64,000 nt of DNA. Source: Promethearchaeati archaeon SRVP18_Atabeyarchaeia-1. Lineage in GTDB: Archaea > Asgardarchaeota > Atabeyarchaeia > Atabeyarchaeales > Atabeyarchaeaceae. The position numbers were made by a program, and so were the translations under genes. The notes below the pieces were generated by a model. That model was not told the DNA's origin, ran no database searches, and saw only the letters and a list, made by a program, of their open reading frames with translations. Position 1 is the stretch's first letter. The number at the start of each line of letters is the position of its first letter. The stretch lies in NCBI GenBank assembly GCA_037308085.1, contig CP147779.1, forward strand, positions 864,001-928,000, given 5' to 3'. Below are positions 1 through 9,979 of the stretch, piece by piece.

Positions 1-20
1 TTCTGGTCCTTTTCATGTAA

Positions 21-950
21 TTGCTGGAGGAAATTTGTATGTCGTTTCTGAAATTGGGTAAGTGCGAAGTTGAGGATACATATGCTGAAGCATTCGACAT
101 ATGGGTTAGCCGGATACTTATCACGGCAAAGAATGAGAAGTGGGCTATTGAAGCAGCTAACTCGGCAATAGGTTTCGCGACATCCATAATCTTCTGCCCG
201 GCAGAAGCTGGGATAGAGAAGATGGTGAGTCCGAAGGAAACGCCGGACAGCCGACCTGGAGTAATTATGCAGATTTGCCACCCCAGCAAGAAGAAGCTGG
301 AAGAGCAGGTGCTGGAAAGGGTGACGCAGTGTATGCTAACTTGCCCAACGACAGCAGTGTTCAATGCCCTAACTGGAGGGGAACTCACATTCGACACGGG
401 AAAGAAAACCAAGTTCTTCGGGGATGGCTTTGAGACTAAGGGTGATTTGGTTGGAAGAGCCATTTGGCATGTTCCAGTCATGGAAGGCGATTTTATAATA
501 GAGGAGAACTTTGGAGCAAAGAAAGGCGTTGGCGGTGGAAACATGCTGATACTCGGGAGGACTCCAGATGCCGCTCTCGAGGCAGCCGAAGCCGCAATAA
601 AAGCTATACACAAAGTAGAGGGAGTAATAACACCCTTCCCCGGGGGGATCTGCCGATCAGGCTCCAAGGTAGGATCGCTGAAGTACGCCAAGTTCCTCAA
701 GGCGTCAACCAATCACCCCTTCTGTCCGACGCTTAGAGGCAAGACGCCTGACTTCAAACTTCCTGATGACGTCCAATCTGTTTATGAGATCGTAATGGAT
801 GGGGTCTCAATAGAAAGCATAAAGAACGCGACAATTGCTGGGGTCAAGGCAGCATCATCTGTGAATAATGTAAAGCGAATAACAGCCGCAAACTACGGGG
901 GAACATTGGGACCTCACAAGATATACTTGAAGGATGCTTTGAGCCAATAG
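21..950 (+). CDS. ftr: Formylmethanofuran--tetrahydromethanopterin formyltransferase
   Basis: EDTYAEAF, ATSIIFCPAEAGIE, TPDSRPG, LTCPTTA, SGSKVGSLKY, STNHPFCPTL and ANYGGTLG motifs of Ftr; true start may be ATG at 39. Confidence 0.95.
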   Translation: MLEEICMSFLKLGKCEVEDTYAEAFDIWVSRILITAKNEKWAIEAANSAIGFATSIIFCPAEAGIEKMVSPKETPDSRPGVIMQICHPSKKKLEEQVLERVTQCMLTCPTTAVFNALTGGELTFDTGKKTKFFGDGFETKGDLVGRAIWHVPVMEGDFIIEENFGAKKGVGGGNMLILGRTPDAALEAAEAAIKAIHKVEGVITPFPGGICRSGSKVGSLKYAKFLKASTNHPFCPTLRGKTPDFKLPDDVQSVYEIVMDGVSIESIKNATIAGVKAASSVNNVKRITAANYGGTLGPHKIYLKDALSQ

Positions 951-971
951 AGGTCCTCCATACCTCGTCTA

Positions 972-984
972 TTTCCATTTTTTT
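972..984 (+). terminator. Putative archaeal oligo-T terminator after ftr
   Basis: TTTCCATTTTTTT about 20 nt after the stop codon. Confidence 0.5.
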
Positions 985-1495
985 GGTAGTCTTCAGGTAG
1001 TGCCTGCTCTGTGATTACAGACTTTCTCCTCAGCTAGCCTCTTGCATATGGTTCTTATGATTAGCCATGGCATACGTCTTGGCGAATTCCTGCCTCTGGT
1101 AGTCATTTACTGTCAAGGTAATTTGGGCTCAAAACTATCAGTCTGATTCTGTCCTACATGATGTGCCCGAAGGCATGATAGGGTGCATCTAGGGACGCGA
1201 GAGTTCTTCGCCTCATGAGGGTGATGAGAGACTTCGCGTATGGTTTTATCAAACGCGCGCTATGGCATCAAAGTTGCGTATAGCACAGTGTGCTCTGCTC
1301 ATCCCTGATGAAAATAGAAATGCCCAAGCACGTCTTACGTAAGCCACGAATTAGGGAGGAAGGAGGGGTGTCTTGGAATGTTACTTGACATGGTGAAACA
1401 TACTCTATTTCCGATTGTTGTTCCTCGCCTGATAGGCGACCTACCTTAACCAACCATGTCATATCGCTCGATGTTCGAACAGCATTCTTCGCTGG

Positions 1496-1942
1496 CTAGC
1501 CAAGATCTATCTCTAGGTCTTCCTTGACCGTCTTCAGCACGCTGTGCGGGATGACTTTAGCGACACCCCTTACTGACGAGACCCATTTTATGAACTCTGA
1601 TGCGTCTTCCTTATCTCTGCACCTCGCCATTGCGGCAATCTCAAACTCGCCAGTGATGTGGTGCAGATAGCAGAGATTCATGCAATTTGACAAGGTGGCT
1701 GAAACCTCATTTATGGCAGATGGACAATTAAGCTGAATCAAAAAACAGATCCCATAATTCCTGCCAACAGCGTCAGGGTCAACAACCACAGTGAATCTCT
1801 TTATCGTTCCAGTGTTCTTCATCCGCCTCACACGCCTTGTGACCGTCATCACTGTAGTATTGAGCTCATCTCCGATTTCGCGGTAAGACATCCGGCCGTT
1901 TTCCTGTAAGAGCATTAGGATTTGGATATCCAGTTTGTCCAA
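1496..1942 (-). CDS. Lrp/AsnC family transcriptional regulator
   Basis: N-terminal wHTH (DKLDIQILMLLQENGRMSYREIG) plus RAM domain (HITGEFE). Confidence 0.9.
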   Translation of the reverse strand: MDKLDIQILMLLQENGRMSYREIGDELNTTVMTVTRRVRRMKNTGTIKRFTVVVDPDAVGRNYGICFLIQLNCPSAINEVSATLSNCMNLCYLHHITGEFEIAAMARCRDKEDASEFIKWVSSVRGVAKVIPHSVLKTVKEDLEIDLG

Positions 1943-1993
1943 CCGGCGATGCGTCTCTCCTGTCTCCCTCTGCCGATATTCATGTATCGCGCA

Positions 1994-2563
1994 CTAAAGT
2001 GTGCCTCTATAGTGAATCGTCGTTGGGCAACCAACACATTTTCGAGTCTTATATCGAGCACAAGGCCTGCAATCAACATCGCAAGGCGCAGTGGTTCTTC
2101 CTTTGTGAGTGAGGTGCTCTCTTACTGGCAGGAACGAGGAAAAGTGGATGTCACCAATCGGGTAGAACTCCGACCTGCGTATTCCTCCTCCACTTCTCAG
2201 AGAACATTTCTCCGTGGATATGCTCTCGAGAGTATCTTGATCTTCAGCAATGACGAGAGCAATGAGGTTATAGCCTCCTATTGCCTTGAAAATGTGGATC
2301 ACCCTGGGGCAATCTTTGAATCGGTTGAGAAGGTTCTGTGTCGCTTCTGCACTCTCCATTTCGAGCATCACGACGGCGGGGGAAAGCCTTAGTGAAGCTG
2401 GATTGAGCAGGGCTGATACATTGATGATGCCTTGCTTCATGAGTCTCTGCATCCTCTTCTTGATTCCCATGCTTGTGAATCCAATGTTCTTGGCAAGCTC
2501 CTCTAGTGTCGTGCGCCCGTTCAGCTGAAGCTGCGAAATTATCTTTCGGTCAACGTCATCCAA
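1994..2563 (-). CDS. Lrp/AsnC family regulator with C-terminal Cys-rich tail
   Basis: DDVDRKIISQLQLNGRTTLEELA HTH; tail PCDVDCRPCARYKTRKCVGCP. Confidence 0.85.
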   Translation of the reverse strand: MDDVDRKIISQLQLNGRTTLEELAKNIGFTSMGIKKRMQRLMKQGIINVSALLNPASLRLSPAVVMLEMESAEATQNLLNRFKDCPRVIHIFKAIGGYNLIALVIAEDQDTLESISTEKCSLRSGGGIRRSEFYPIGDIHFSSFLPVREHLTHKGRTTAPCDVDCRPCARYKTRKCVGCPTTIHYRGTL

Positions 2564-2680
2564 GTGCAGAACCTCGTTTGGTTTCTAAACAATATACATA
2601 AATATGGGTTAGATATTAAACACTTTCGGCTATAATGTGATTGGCTGGTCGCGTCTAGCGTAGACAAGGGAAGATAAGCT

Positions 2681-3595
2681 ATGAAGAATGGGTGTGACGG
2701 CAAATGTGATTCCTGCTCGAAGACTGAGGCATGCAACGATCCAAGAAGGCAGAGCTATGAAAGGGAACAGCGTCTCAAACTCAGAATGAGCAGGATTAGG
2801 CACAAGATTGCTGTAATAAGCGGCAAGGGAGGAGTCGGCAAAAGCACTGTCACTGTGAATCTCGCCGTGGCGTTCGCAATGCGTGGCCACGCCAACTCCG
2901 TGGGCATCCTTGACGCAGACATTCATGGTCCCTGTGTGCCTAATATGCTGGGTCTCAAAGGTCAGAGGCTCCTACCTGATCCTGAAGGAATGCTACCTGT
3001 GATAGGTCCTCTGGGGATCAAGGTCGTGTCCATGGCATTTCTGCTTCCAAATGATGAGGCGCCCGTGGTTTGGCGTGGTCCGCTAAAGATGGTAGCCATT
3101 GAACAGTTCCTTTCCGACACGGTGTGGGGAGAACTCGAGTTCCTATTCATAGATCTTCCGCCTGGAACTGGCGACGAACCCTTGAGCATAATGCAGTTAA
3201 TCCCAAGTATGGATGGCGTAGTAATAGTTACAATGCCTAACAAGGTTGCACAAGATGTGGTGAAGAAGGCTGTCACATTCGCCCAACATTTGGGCATTCC
3301 CATAATTGGCGTAATTGAGAATATGAGTGGCTTCGTCTGCCCGAAGTGCGGACATGAAATCGACACCTTCAAGACTGGCGGAGGGCAGAAAATGGCAAGA
3401 GACTTCTCGATTCCTTTCCTAGGGAGTATCCCAATCGACTCGGAGATTTGCCAGGACTCTGATAACGGAACTCCTTTCATAATCGAGCACGCAGACTCCG
3501 CTGCGACAGACGCGTTCAATGAAATCACTAGAGGGATTGAGCACTTCTTGGAGCACAGAAAGCGACTGGAAAGTGCACAAGCCAAGACATCCTAG
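2681..3595 (+). CDS. Mrp/NBP35 (ApbC) Fe-S cluster carrier ATPase
   Basis: N-terminal Cys cluster, SGKGGVGKS, DADIHGP, WRGP, DLPPGTGD, ENMSGFVCPKC. Confidence 0.93.
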   Translation: MKNGCDGKCDSCSKTEACNDPRRQSYEREQRLKLRMSRIRHKIAVISGKGGVGKSTVTVNLAVAFAMRGHANSVGILDADIHGPCVPNMLGLKGQRLLPDPEGMLPVIGPLGIKVVSMAFLLPNDEAPVVWRGPLKMVAIEQFLSDTVWGELEFLFIDLPPGTGDEPLSIMQLIPSMDGVVIVTMPNKVAQDVVKKAVTFAQHLGIPIIGVIENMSGFVCPKCGHEIDTFKTGGGQKMARDFSIPFLGSIPIDSEICQDSDNGTPFIIEHADSAATDAFNEITRGIEHFLEHRKRLESAQAKTS

Positions 3596-3655
3596 GGAAT
3601 CAGACAGCTTGACATACCCAGACATGACAATGAGCTGCTAACACAGGGTGATTGA

Positions 3656-4053
3656 ATGAAAATACGCGTATCTGCAGCATCCGACAATCTGGAAGCTCAG
3701 GTGAATCCAGGATTTGGTGGATGCCCATACTTTGTCATCGTGGATACTGAATCCATGAAATTTGAGGCAATTCTGAATCAGGCTTTTGATGCAATAGGTG
3801 ACGCTGGAATCCAGGCAGCTCAAATCACAGCAGGGAAGGGCGCCAGAGTACTCACAGCTGGGAACGTCAGTCCAAATGCCTTTCAAGCGCTCTCAGCAAC
3901 AGGGATAAAAGTGGTCATGTTCGCTTTTTGAACCGTGAAGGAGGTTGTTGAAAGATGCAAGGGAGGGAACTGGTAGAGACAAGTGCACGGACCGTTCGTG
4001 GGCGCTTCGGTATGGGTATAAGAGCAGGACGAAGTCAGGGACGAGTGCAATAA
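3656..4053 (+). pseudogene. Degraded NifB/NifX-family (FeMo-cofactor domain) gene
   Basis: NifX-like sequence continues past TGA 3929-3931 (TVKEVVERCKGG) and, after a frameshift near 3965, into a Gly/Arg tail (ELVETSARTVRGRFGMGIRAGRSQGRVQ) ending at TAA 4051-4053. Confidence 0.7.
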
Positions 4054-4154
4054 TGCAGACAAAAAACCGGGAACGATAGAGGATTTGATGAGATTAGGAC
4101 GAGGAAGGACTTGATGAACTGCTTCGACAACTCAAGGAAGAAGGAGGTGATAAA

Positions 4155-4529
4155 GTGGGAGCTAGGATTGTGGTTCCGACTGTAGATGAAAATGGTCTGA
4201 GCGCTCAATTAGCAGACCATTTCGGGAGGGCACCTTATTTTGCAGTGATCGAGTTGGGCGAGAGCAATGAGGTTTCAAACGTAAGAACTGTTAAGAATGT
4301 CGGCGAGCATTTTGGCGGAGGAGGACATGCTCATGAAGCGATTTTGCAGCAGAAACCAAGTGCCGTCATAGTTCGTGGGATGGGTCCAAGAGGTCTAAGC
4401 AGTTTCCAAGACGCAGGAGTGGCAGTTCTGAGGGCTAACGCGAACACGGTCAAAGAAGTGATTGACGCATACAAGGATGATGAGCTTCAGGAACTCACAG
4501 AGGGATGCCATGAGGCGCAGCACAAGTGA
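4155..4529 (+). CDS. NifB/NifX family protein
   Basis: HFGRAPYF, GMGPRG, NTVKEVIDAY motifs; RBS GGAGGTGA upstream. Confidence 0.9.
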   Translation: MGARIVVPTVDENGLSAQLADHFGRAPYFAVIELGESNEVSNVRTVKNVGEHFGGGGHAHEAILQQKPSAVIVRGMGPRGLSSFQDAGVAVLRANANTVKEVIDAYKDDELQELTEGCHEAQHK

Positions 4530-4819
4530 TTTAGTCTCGGTTTACCATTAGGACTGTCCTAGAAGACATACGCCAATCTCCGCGCCTTTGTTTTCAAATA
4601 GCCGGGTGACATTATGTCAAATCTGCAATCCACCAGAAGAGATTAGACGAATTGGCAAAGCGTTAGAAAATGGAGGAGAACTAGACTCAAATACAGCCAA
4701 GCGCGCGCTGTATTCCCGCCTGATTGTACTCTTGTGAGAGATGTTACTACGAAGGGGAGAGCGAGTGCAATCTCCTCGATGGACCAAAGGCTTTCGTTCT
4801 CTCAGGGTTCCATTGCCTA

Positions 4820-4975
4820 CTCTATCGATTCTCATGTGAGGTTCTGTCAAGTCTTCGGTTGAAGGCTTAACTGGCTTGCATCGACTTTCAGGATTGCCTC
4901 CTGCCGCTGTGAGGGTTCCTGCACCATCGCTTCACCTGCAAGTCCCGACGGGCCGAACCGCAGCCCTGCGCTAGC
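4820..4975 (-). ncRNA. Predicted orphan omegaRNA (reRNA) scaffold plus guide
   Basis: Nucleotide conservation with the tnpB 3' end at 35438-35566; TnpB omegaRNAs overlap the 3' end of tnpB and take their guide from the flank; boundaries inferred. Confidence 0.55.
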
Positions 4976-5096
4976 ATCCCGCTCTTATCTCCCCCCGCAT
5001 TCAGCTATGGAAAGCCACATGCCGCGAAAATGAGAGAATGCTTAGACGCCCAGAGTTCTTTCCACCATATAAATCAACCGCAGACTTGATAGAAGC
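4840..5096 (-). mobile_element. MITE-like internal-deletion derivative of a TnpB element that retains the tnpB 3' end / omegaRNA region
   Basis: 4840-~4970 aligns with 35438-~35566 and encodes a tnpB tail (AGLRFGPSGLAGEAMVQEP...DASQLSLQPKT*); 23-bp inverted repeats 4840-4862 and 5074-5096 (20/23 match); direct repeat TCATGTGA at 4832-4839 and 5097-5104. Confidence 0.85.
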
Positions 5097-5104
5097 TCAT
5101 GTGA

Positions 5105-5119
5105 CAAAGGTTTAAAATA
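5105..5119 (+). promoter_or_regulatory. Putative BRE/TATA promoter of cdhAB
   Basis: CAAAGG followed by TTTAAAATA upstream of cdhA. Confidence 0.55.
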
Positions 5120-5166
5120 AGGTAGGTTCAAGTGGTCTCTGACTAGAATATGGTTAATCGCTAATT

Positions 5167-7569
5167 ATGAGATATTATGTCACTCTTGATGATAGAATCT
5201 TGAAGGAGGATAATCATCGAATGGCAAATAAACCTGCGAGGCTTAAGGCCAACGAAATACAGTCTAGTTTTGGTGTCATCAAAGGCTTAGATCTGAGCAT
5301 CGGCAAAATAGTGATGGAAGAGGAAGCTGAATGGGAGCCAATGGGTCCTACTCCCTTCCCTGCGGTTGAAACCTTGCGGTCATGGGATCAGAAGTTGCTG
5401 GCGAGGTACAAGCCTTTCTACACACCGATCTGTGATATGTGTTGCCTTTGCACAATGGGCAAATGTGACCTAACAGCGGGCAAGAAAGGAGCGTGCGGTA
5501 TAAACATAGGCACGCAACAAGCGCGTATGTCCCTGATGGCGGGGCTTATGGGCTGTACGGCTCACCTTGCTCATGCCAGACACCTAACGGAGCATCTTAT
5601 CAAGAAATATGGTCCATCTACTCCCATCTCACTCGGGACTGAAATAGATGTCGAAGCTCCCAACATGAGACTGGTTCTGGGGGTAAAACCGAAGACACTT
5701 GAAGATCTAGAGGAGGGTATATCCTACTGTGAGCGCGAGGTGACTCAACTACTGGCTTCCACTCACACTGGACAAGAAGGTAGTAACCTGGACTATGAGT
5801 CGAAACTTCTCCATGCAGGCATGCTAGATATGGTTGGCATGGAAATCGCAGACATCGCTCAGATATCAGCTTATGGTTTCCCCAAGGGCGCATCTGATGC
5901 TCCTTTGGTCGACTGTGGCATGGGCACAATAGATGCAACAAAACCCATGATTCTATGTGTAGGGCACAACGTCGCATCGGGCGTCGAGATAGCAGATTAC
6001 CTGCGCGCGAATAAGTTGGATGAGAAGGTTGAAGTCGGCGCAATTTGCTGCACGGCACTTGATTTGACAAGATATTACACAAGGGCGAAAGTCGTGGGTC
6101 CCCTCTCTCAGCAATTAAGATTCATAAGGTCGGGCATTGCAGACGTAATAATGACTGATGAGCAATGTGTGAGAACTGATATCCCGGAGGAAGCGCAGAC
6201 TGTCAAGGCACCTGTTATTGCCACCAACGCAAAGATATGTTATGGTTTCCCAGATCGCACAAGCGATCCAGTTGATCAGATAGTGAAAGATGTAGTTTCA
6301 GGGGCTCAAAAAGGTGTGCTTATACTCGACCCGTACAAAGCTGCCGAAGTAGCCGTGAAGGTCGTTGTCAGCATTGCACCTAAGAGAGCCAAGTTCAAAG
6401 CTCTTCCTGATACAAGCAAAATCCCAGAGATCGCTAAGAGTTGCACAGGCTGCCAGAGCTGTCGAAGGGCATGTCCAAATGATCTACACACTGACGAGGC
6501 TGTCCAACTGGCCAAGAAAGGAGACCTTTCCAAGCTGGCTGATCTATACGAGTACTGTATTGGATGCGGAAAGTGTGAGCAAGCCTGCAACAAGGACATA
6601 CCGGTGACAAGCTTGATAACAGTTGCCGCGGAACGAAAGGTGAAAGAAGAGAGATTCAAGCTGCGAAGTGGTCGAGGTCCAGTACGCGACACGGAGATTC
6701 GCAATGTGGGCGCACCGATTGTATTGGGTGAAATACCTGGCATAGTTCTGTTCGCTGGTTGCTCTAACTACCCCAATCACTTGGAAGTCGGCGAAATGGC
6801 GGCAGAGTTCTTAAAACGGGGGTTCATAGTAACAGCTACCGGCTGCTCAGCAATGGACATATCGAGATACAAGACAGAAGAAGGCAAATCGCTCTACGAG
6901 GAATATCCAGGTGACTTCGACAGAGGTTGCTTGTCGAATGTTGGTTCATGCGTGTCTAATGCACACGTCGCTGGCGCGGCCATCAAGGTTGCAAGCATTT
7001 TTGCAAGGAGACCACTGAGAGGGAATTATGAGGAGCTAGCTGATTACGTCTTGAATCGCGTAGGGGCAGTTGGAATCGTGTGGGGAACTTACAGTCAGAA
7101 AGCCGTATCGATTGGGACAGGAGCCAATAGACTTGGCGTTCCGGTAATCCTGGGCCCTCACGGCAGCAAATACAGACGCATGATGGTTGGACGCGCTGAC
7201 AAGGATGACGACTGGTATGTCTACGATGCCAGAACAGGCGACCGAACATATGTAGGACCCGTTCCCGAGCACTTGGTGTACGCTGCTGAATCCAAAGAGG
7301 AAGCTATGATCATGGGCGTAAAACTCTGTCTAAGAGCAAACGACACATTCAAGGGACGAAGTGTCAAGTTGTCTCACTACGTCGACCTAACCAGAAAACT
7401 ACTCGGCAAAGATTATCCAGACGACATTCACAAATTCATTCGCATCGAGTCAGACATCCCACTAGTATACAAGGAAGACTTAACGAAGATACTACAAAGC
7501 AAAGGGTGGAAACCAACAACAATACCCGACCCAACACTCCTGAAAAGACTGGTAAGGACAAGCGAATGA
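5167..7569 (+). CDS. cdhA: CO dehydrogenase/acetyl-CoA synthase complex subunit alpha
   Basis: CDMCCLCTMGKC, HTGQEG, VGHN, ICCTA, two 4Fe-4S motifs, GSCVSN; probable start ATG 5221 after GAAGGAGGA. Confidence 0.96.
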   Translation: MRYYVTLDDRILKEDNHRMANKPARLKANEIQSSFGVIKGLDLSIGKIVMEEEAEWEPMGPTPFPAVETLRSWDQKLLARYKPFYTPICDMCCLCTMGKCDLTAGKKGACGINIGTQQARMSLMAGLMGCTAHLAHARHLTEHLIKKYGPSTPISLGTEIDVEAPNMRLVLGVKPKTLEDLEEGISYCEREVTQLLASTHTGQEGSNLDYESKLLHAGMLDMVGMEIADIAQISAYGFPKGASDAPLVDCGMGTIDATKPMILCVGHNVASGVEIADYLRANKLDEKVEVGAICCTALDLTRYYTRAKVVGPLSQQLRFIRSGIADVIMTDEQCVRTDIPEEAQTVKAPVIATNAKICYGFPDRTSDPVDQIVKDVVSGAQKGVLILDPYKAAEVAVKVVVSIAPKRAKFKALPDTSKIPEIAKSCTGCQSCRRACPNDLHTDEAVQLAKKGDLSKLADLYEYCIGCGKCEQACNKDIPVTSLITVAAERKVKEERFKLRSGRGPVRDTEIRNVGAPIVLGEIPGIVLFAGCSNYPNHLEVGEMAAEFLKRGFIVTATGCSAMDISRYKTEEGKSLYEEYPGDFDRGCLSNVGSCVSNAHVAGAAIKVASIFARRPLRGNYEELADYVLNRVGAVGIVWGTYSQKAVSIGTGANRLGVPVILGPHGSKYRRMMVGRADKDDDWYVYDARTGDRTYVGPVPEHLVYAAESKEEAMIMGVKLCLRANDTFKGRSVKLSHYVDLTRKLLGKDYPDDIHKFIRIESDIPLVYKEDLTKILQSKGWKPTTIPDPTLLKRLVRTSE

Positions 7570-7579
7570 TTAGTAATTA

Positions 7580-8146
7580 GTGAGGTGTAGAATCAAGTTG
7601 TCTAATCGCACAATGCCATGGCAAACCGCAAACGTTCCAGGTCCGAAATTCGCGATGGATCTCAAAGGCGAAGTAGCAGGGAAAATGATCCAGAAAGCAA
7701 AGCGCCCACTCCTAATCGTAGGGATGAATTCTGTCAAGGACGAAGTTGCGGGGCGAAAACTCATAGAGTACGCCATTGAAATGGGAAAGGCGGGAGTCAA
7801 GATAGTAGCTACAGCCCACATGGTGAAGGAGTTCTCTAATCGTGGTTACAAAGTCGATGCAGACATGCCTGTAGTGAACATAACCGACAGATTGAAAGAC
7901 CCAGAATGGAAAGGTATCGATGGGCGTGGCCCCTACGACATAGCAGTCTTCTTGGGCGTCCCTTACTACTTTGAATCACAGATGCTCTCGACATTGAAAA
8001 ACTTCGCCCCGGGTCTTAACACGGTAGCCATCGATGCCCAGTTTCAACCCAATGCCAAGTGGTCATTTCCAAATCTCAAAGGCAAAGACTACGAAGAAGA
8101 GCTAGCAAGCATGATGGCAGCCCTTAGAGAGAAAAAATCCGCATAG
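7580..8146 (+). CDS. cdhB: CODH/ACS complex subunit epsilon
   Basis: KAKRPLLIVG, DPEWKGIDGRGPYD, QPNAKWSFPN; follows cdhA; true start probably 7607-7613. Confidence 0.93.
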   Translation: MRCRIKLSNRTMPWQTANVPGPKFAMDLKGEVAGKMIQKAKRPLLIVGMNSVKDEVAGRKLIEYAIEMGKAGVKIVATAHMVKEFSNRGYKVDADMPVVNITDRLKDPEWKGIDGRGPYDIAVFLGVPYYFESQMLSTLKNFAPGLNTVAIDAQFQPNAKWSFPNLKGKDYEEELASMMAALREKKSA

Positions 8147-8163
8147 CCCCAAGGCTGGCAAAT

Positions 8164-8180
8164 TCTCCTTTTCTTTTTTT
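8164..8180 (+). terminator. Putative oligo-T terminator after cdhB
   Basis: Pyrimidine/T tract (CTTTTCTTTTTTT) about 20 nt after the stop codon. Confidence 0.55.
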
Positions 8181-8502
8181 GGGGCATGCATCTGCTACAA
8201 AAAAAAGTAAGTCACAGATCTATTCGCTTCTCTGCAGACGCTGTGAGAATTATGCTGAGATTTGGCTTACGATATGCTTTGAAAGAGTCCTAGACTAGCT
8301 ATTAATTCCGATCGGGGTTAGACGGATCCAGTCTAAGCACAGCTTTGCAGCGAATTGGGCAAGTGATGTAGTTGAGAAGCTAAACTACTGAAAACTTATA
8401 AGTATTGAGCATTTCTCTTTGAAGTGATAATTCCATTCTGCTCATGATAAATATTATATGAATCTATTAAGAACGTAACTAGCTGTCGGAGAGTGATTTA
8501 AG

Positions 8503-9918
8503 TTGAGTTCGAAGGGACTTTTTTCGGATATACCCGTTGACGTTGGAGTCGTTTACGAAGGCGAAAGGATTCGGACACAGCAGATGCAAGTCGAACTTGG
8601 CGGACCGAATGAAGAGCGAAAGTTCGAATTGGTGCAAGCGAGGAAGCCCGAGGAAGTCGAAGACGGCAAGTTTGTCGTAGTAGGGCCCGATCTGAAGGAC
8701 ATGAAAGAAGGCACGCACTACCCGTTGGGAATCTTGGTCGAAGTATCAGGGAAGGAAGTTGAAAAAGATCTAGAATCGGTTATCGAGCGCAGAATACACC
8801 AGTATACCAACTATGTCCAAGGTCTGATGCATCTAAACCAGAGATATGACATCTGGCTTAGGCTGGGCAAAGACTCGTACAAGAAGGGATTCAACTCCTT
8901 CAAGTTCCTTGGGAAGGTTCTCCAGAGACTCTACAAGGCGGAGCTTCCAATAATCGATAAGATCCAGGTCACTTTCATAACGGATCCAGAAAAAATGAAG
9001 GACTGGTATGACAAGGCAATTCAGATCTACGAAGCCCGAGACGCTAGGGCAAGGAAGCTCAAGGAATCTGAGGTGAAGGAATTCTACGGCTGTGTTCTTT
9101 GCCAGTCATTCGCTCCGACTCATGTCTGTGTGATAACCCCTGAGAGAGTTTCACTTTGCGGTTCGATTAACTGGTTCGACGCTAGGGCTGCCGCAAGGGT
9201 TGACCCCAAGGGTCCCAACTTCATGATACCAAAGGGTGAACTACTTGACCCGGAACACGGAGAGTATTCTGGTGCAAATGAAGCAGTTCAGAAGAAGTCT
9301 CTCGGTGGCGTCAAGAAGATCTACCTACACAGTATGTTTGGGCATCCACATACTTCATGTGGATGCTTTGAGTCAATTGCTTTCTACATCCCCGAAGTCG
9401 ATGGAGTGGGAATAGTCGACAGACACTACAAGGGAAACGCGGTCAATGGTTTGCCTTTCTCATCCATGGCCAACGAAACAGGGGGTGGCAAACAAGTAGA
9501 TGGATTCGTCGGCATAGCAATTGAGTACATGCGTTCACCCAGCTTCTTCAAGGCCGACGGTGGTTGGAACAGAGTGGTTTGGCTCCCTTCAGTGGTTAAG
9601 GACCGAGTGAAGGATGCCATACCCGCAGAGCTGAAGGACAGAATCGCGACCGAGAAGGACGCCCAGACGATCCAGGACTTGAAGAGTTTCCTTAAGACAA
9701 AAGGGCACCCAGTGGTTTCCAGATGGCCTGCTGAAGAAGCAGTCGCTGCTGCACCCGCAGTCGCTGGGGCTGCTGCCCCAGAGGCAATGCAGCCTATGAT
9801 GACCGGCTCCACCATAACTCTTCCTATGGGTGGAGGCGGGGCGATGGGTGGCTACAGATTGACACTCAAGAACGTAAAGATAGTGGCGAAGAAACTGATT
9901 CTGAAGAAAGCCAAATAA
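8503..9918 (+). CDS. cdhC: Acetyl-CoA synthase (CODH/ACS subunit beta)
   Basis: YEGERIR, HLNQR, FYGCVLCQSFAPTHVC, PHTSCGCFE A-cluster motifs. Confidence 0.96.
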   Translation: MSSKGLFSDIPVDVGVVYEGERIRTQQMQVELGGPNEERKFELVQARKPEEVEDGKFVVVGPDLKDMKEGTHYPLGILVEVSGKEVEKDLESVIERRIHQYTNYVQGLMHLNQRYDIWLRLGKDSYKKGFNSFKFLGKVLQRLYKAELPIIDKIQVTFITDPEKMKDWYDKAIQIYEARDARARKLKESEVKEFYGCVLCQSFAPTHVCVITPERVSLCGSINWFDARAAARVDPKGPNFMIPKGELLDPEHGEYSGANEAVQKKSLGGVKKIYLHSMFGHPHTSCGCFESIAFYIPEVDGVGIVDRHYKGNAVNGLPFSSMANETGGGKQVDGFVGIAIEYMRSPSFFKADGGWNRVVWLPSVVKDRVKDAIPAELKDRIATEKDAQTIQDLKSFLKTKGHPVVSRWPAEEAVAAAPAVAGAAAPEAMQPMMTGSTITLPMGGGGAMGGYRLTLKNVKIVAKKLILKKAK

Positions 9919-9979
9919 TCTGAACGAGACAGCAACACACCAAAACTGAACAAGATGCATCGATGGAGGAAAAGAGAAT

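Noticed and set aside
3929-3931. In-frame TGA in the nifX-like gene as selenocysteine
   Set aside because: Falls at a Gly position (GTV motif), not Cys, and is followed by a frameshift; a pseudogene is the simpler explanation
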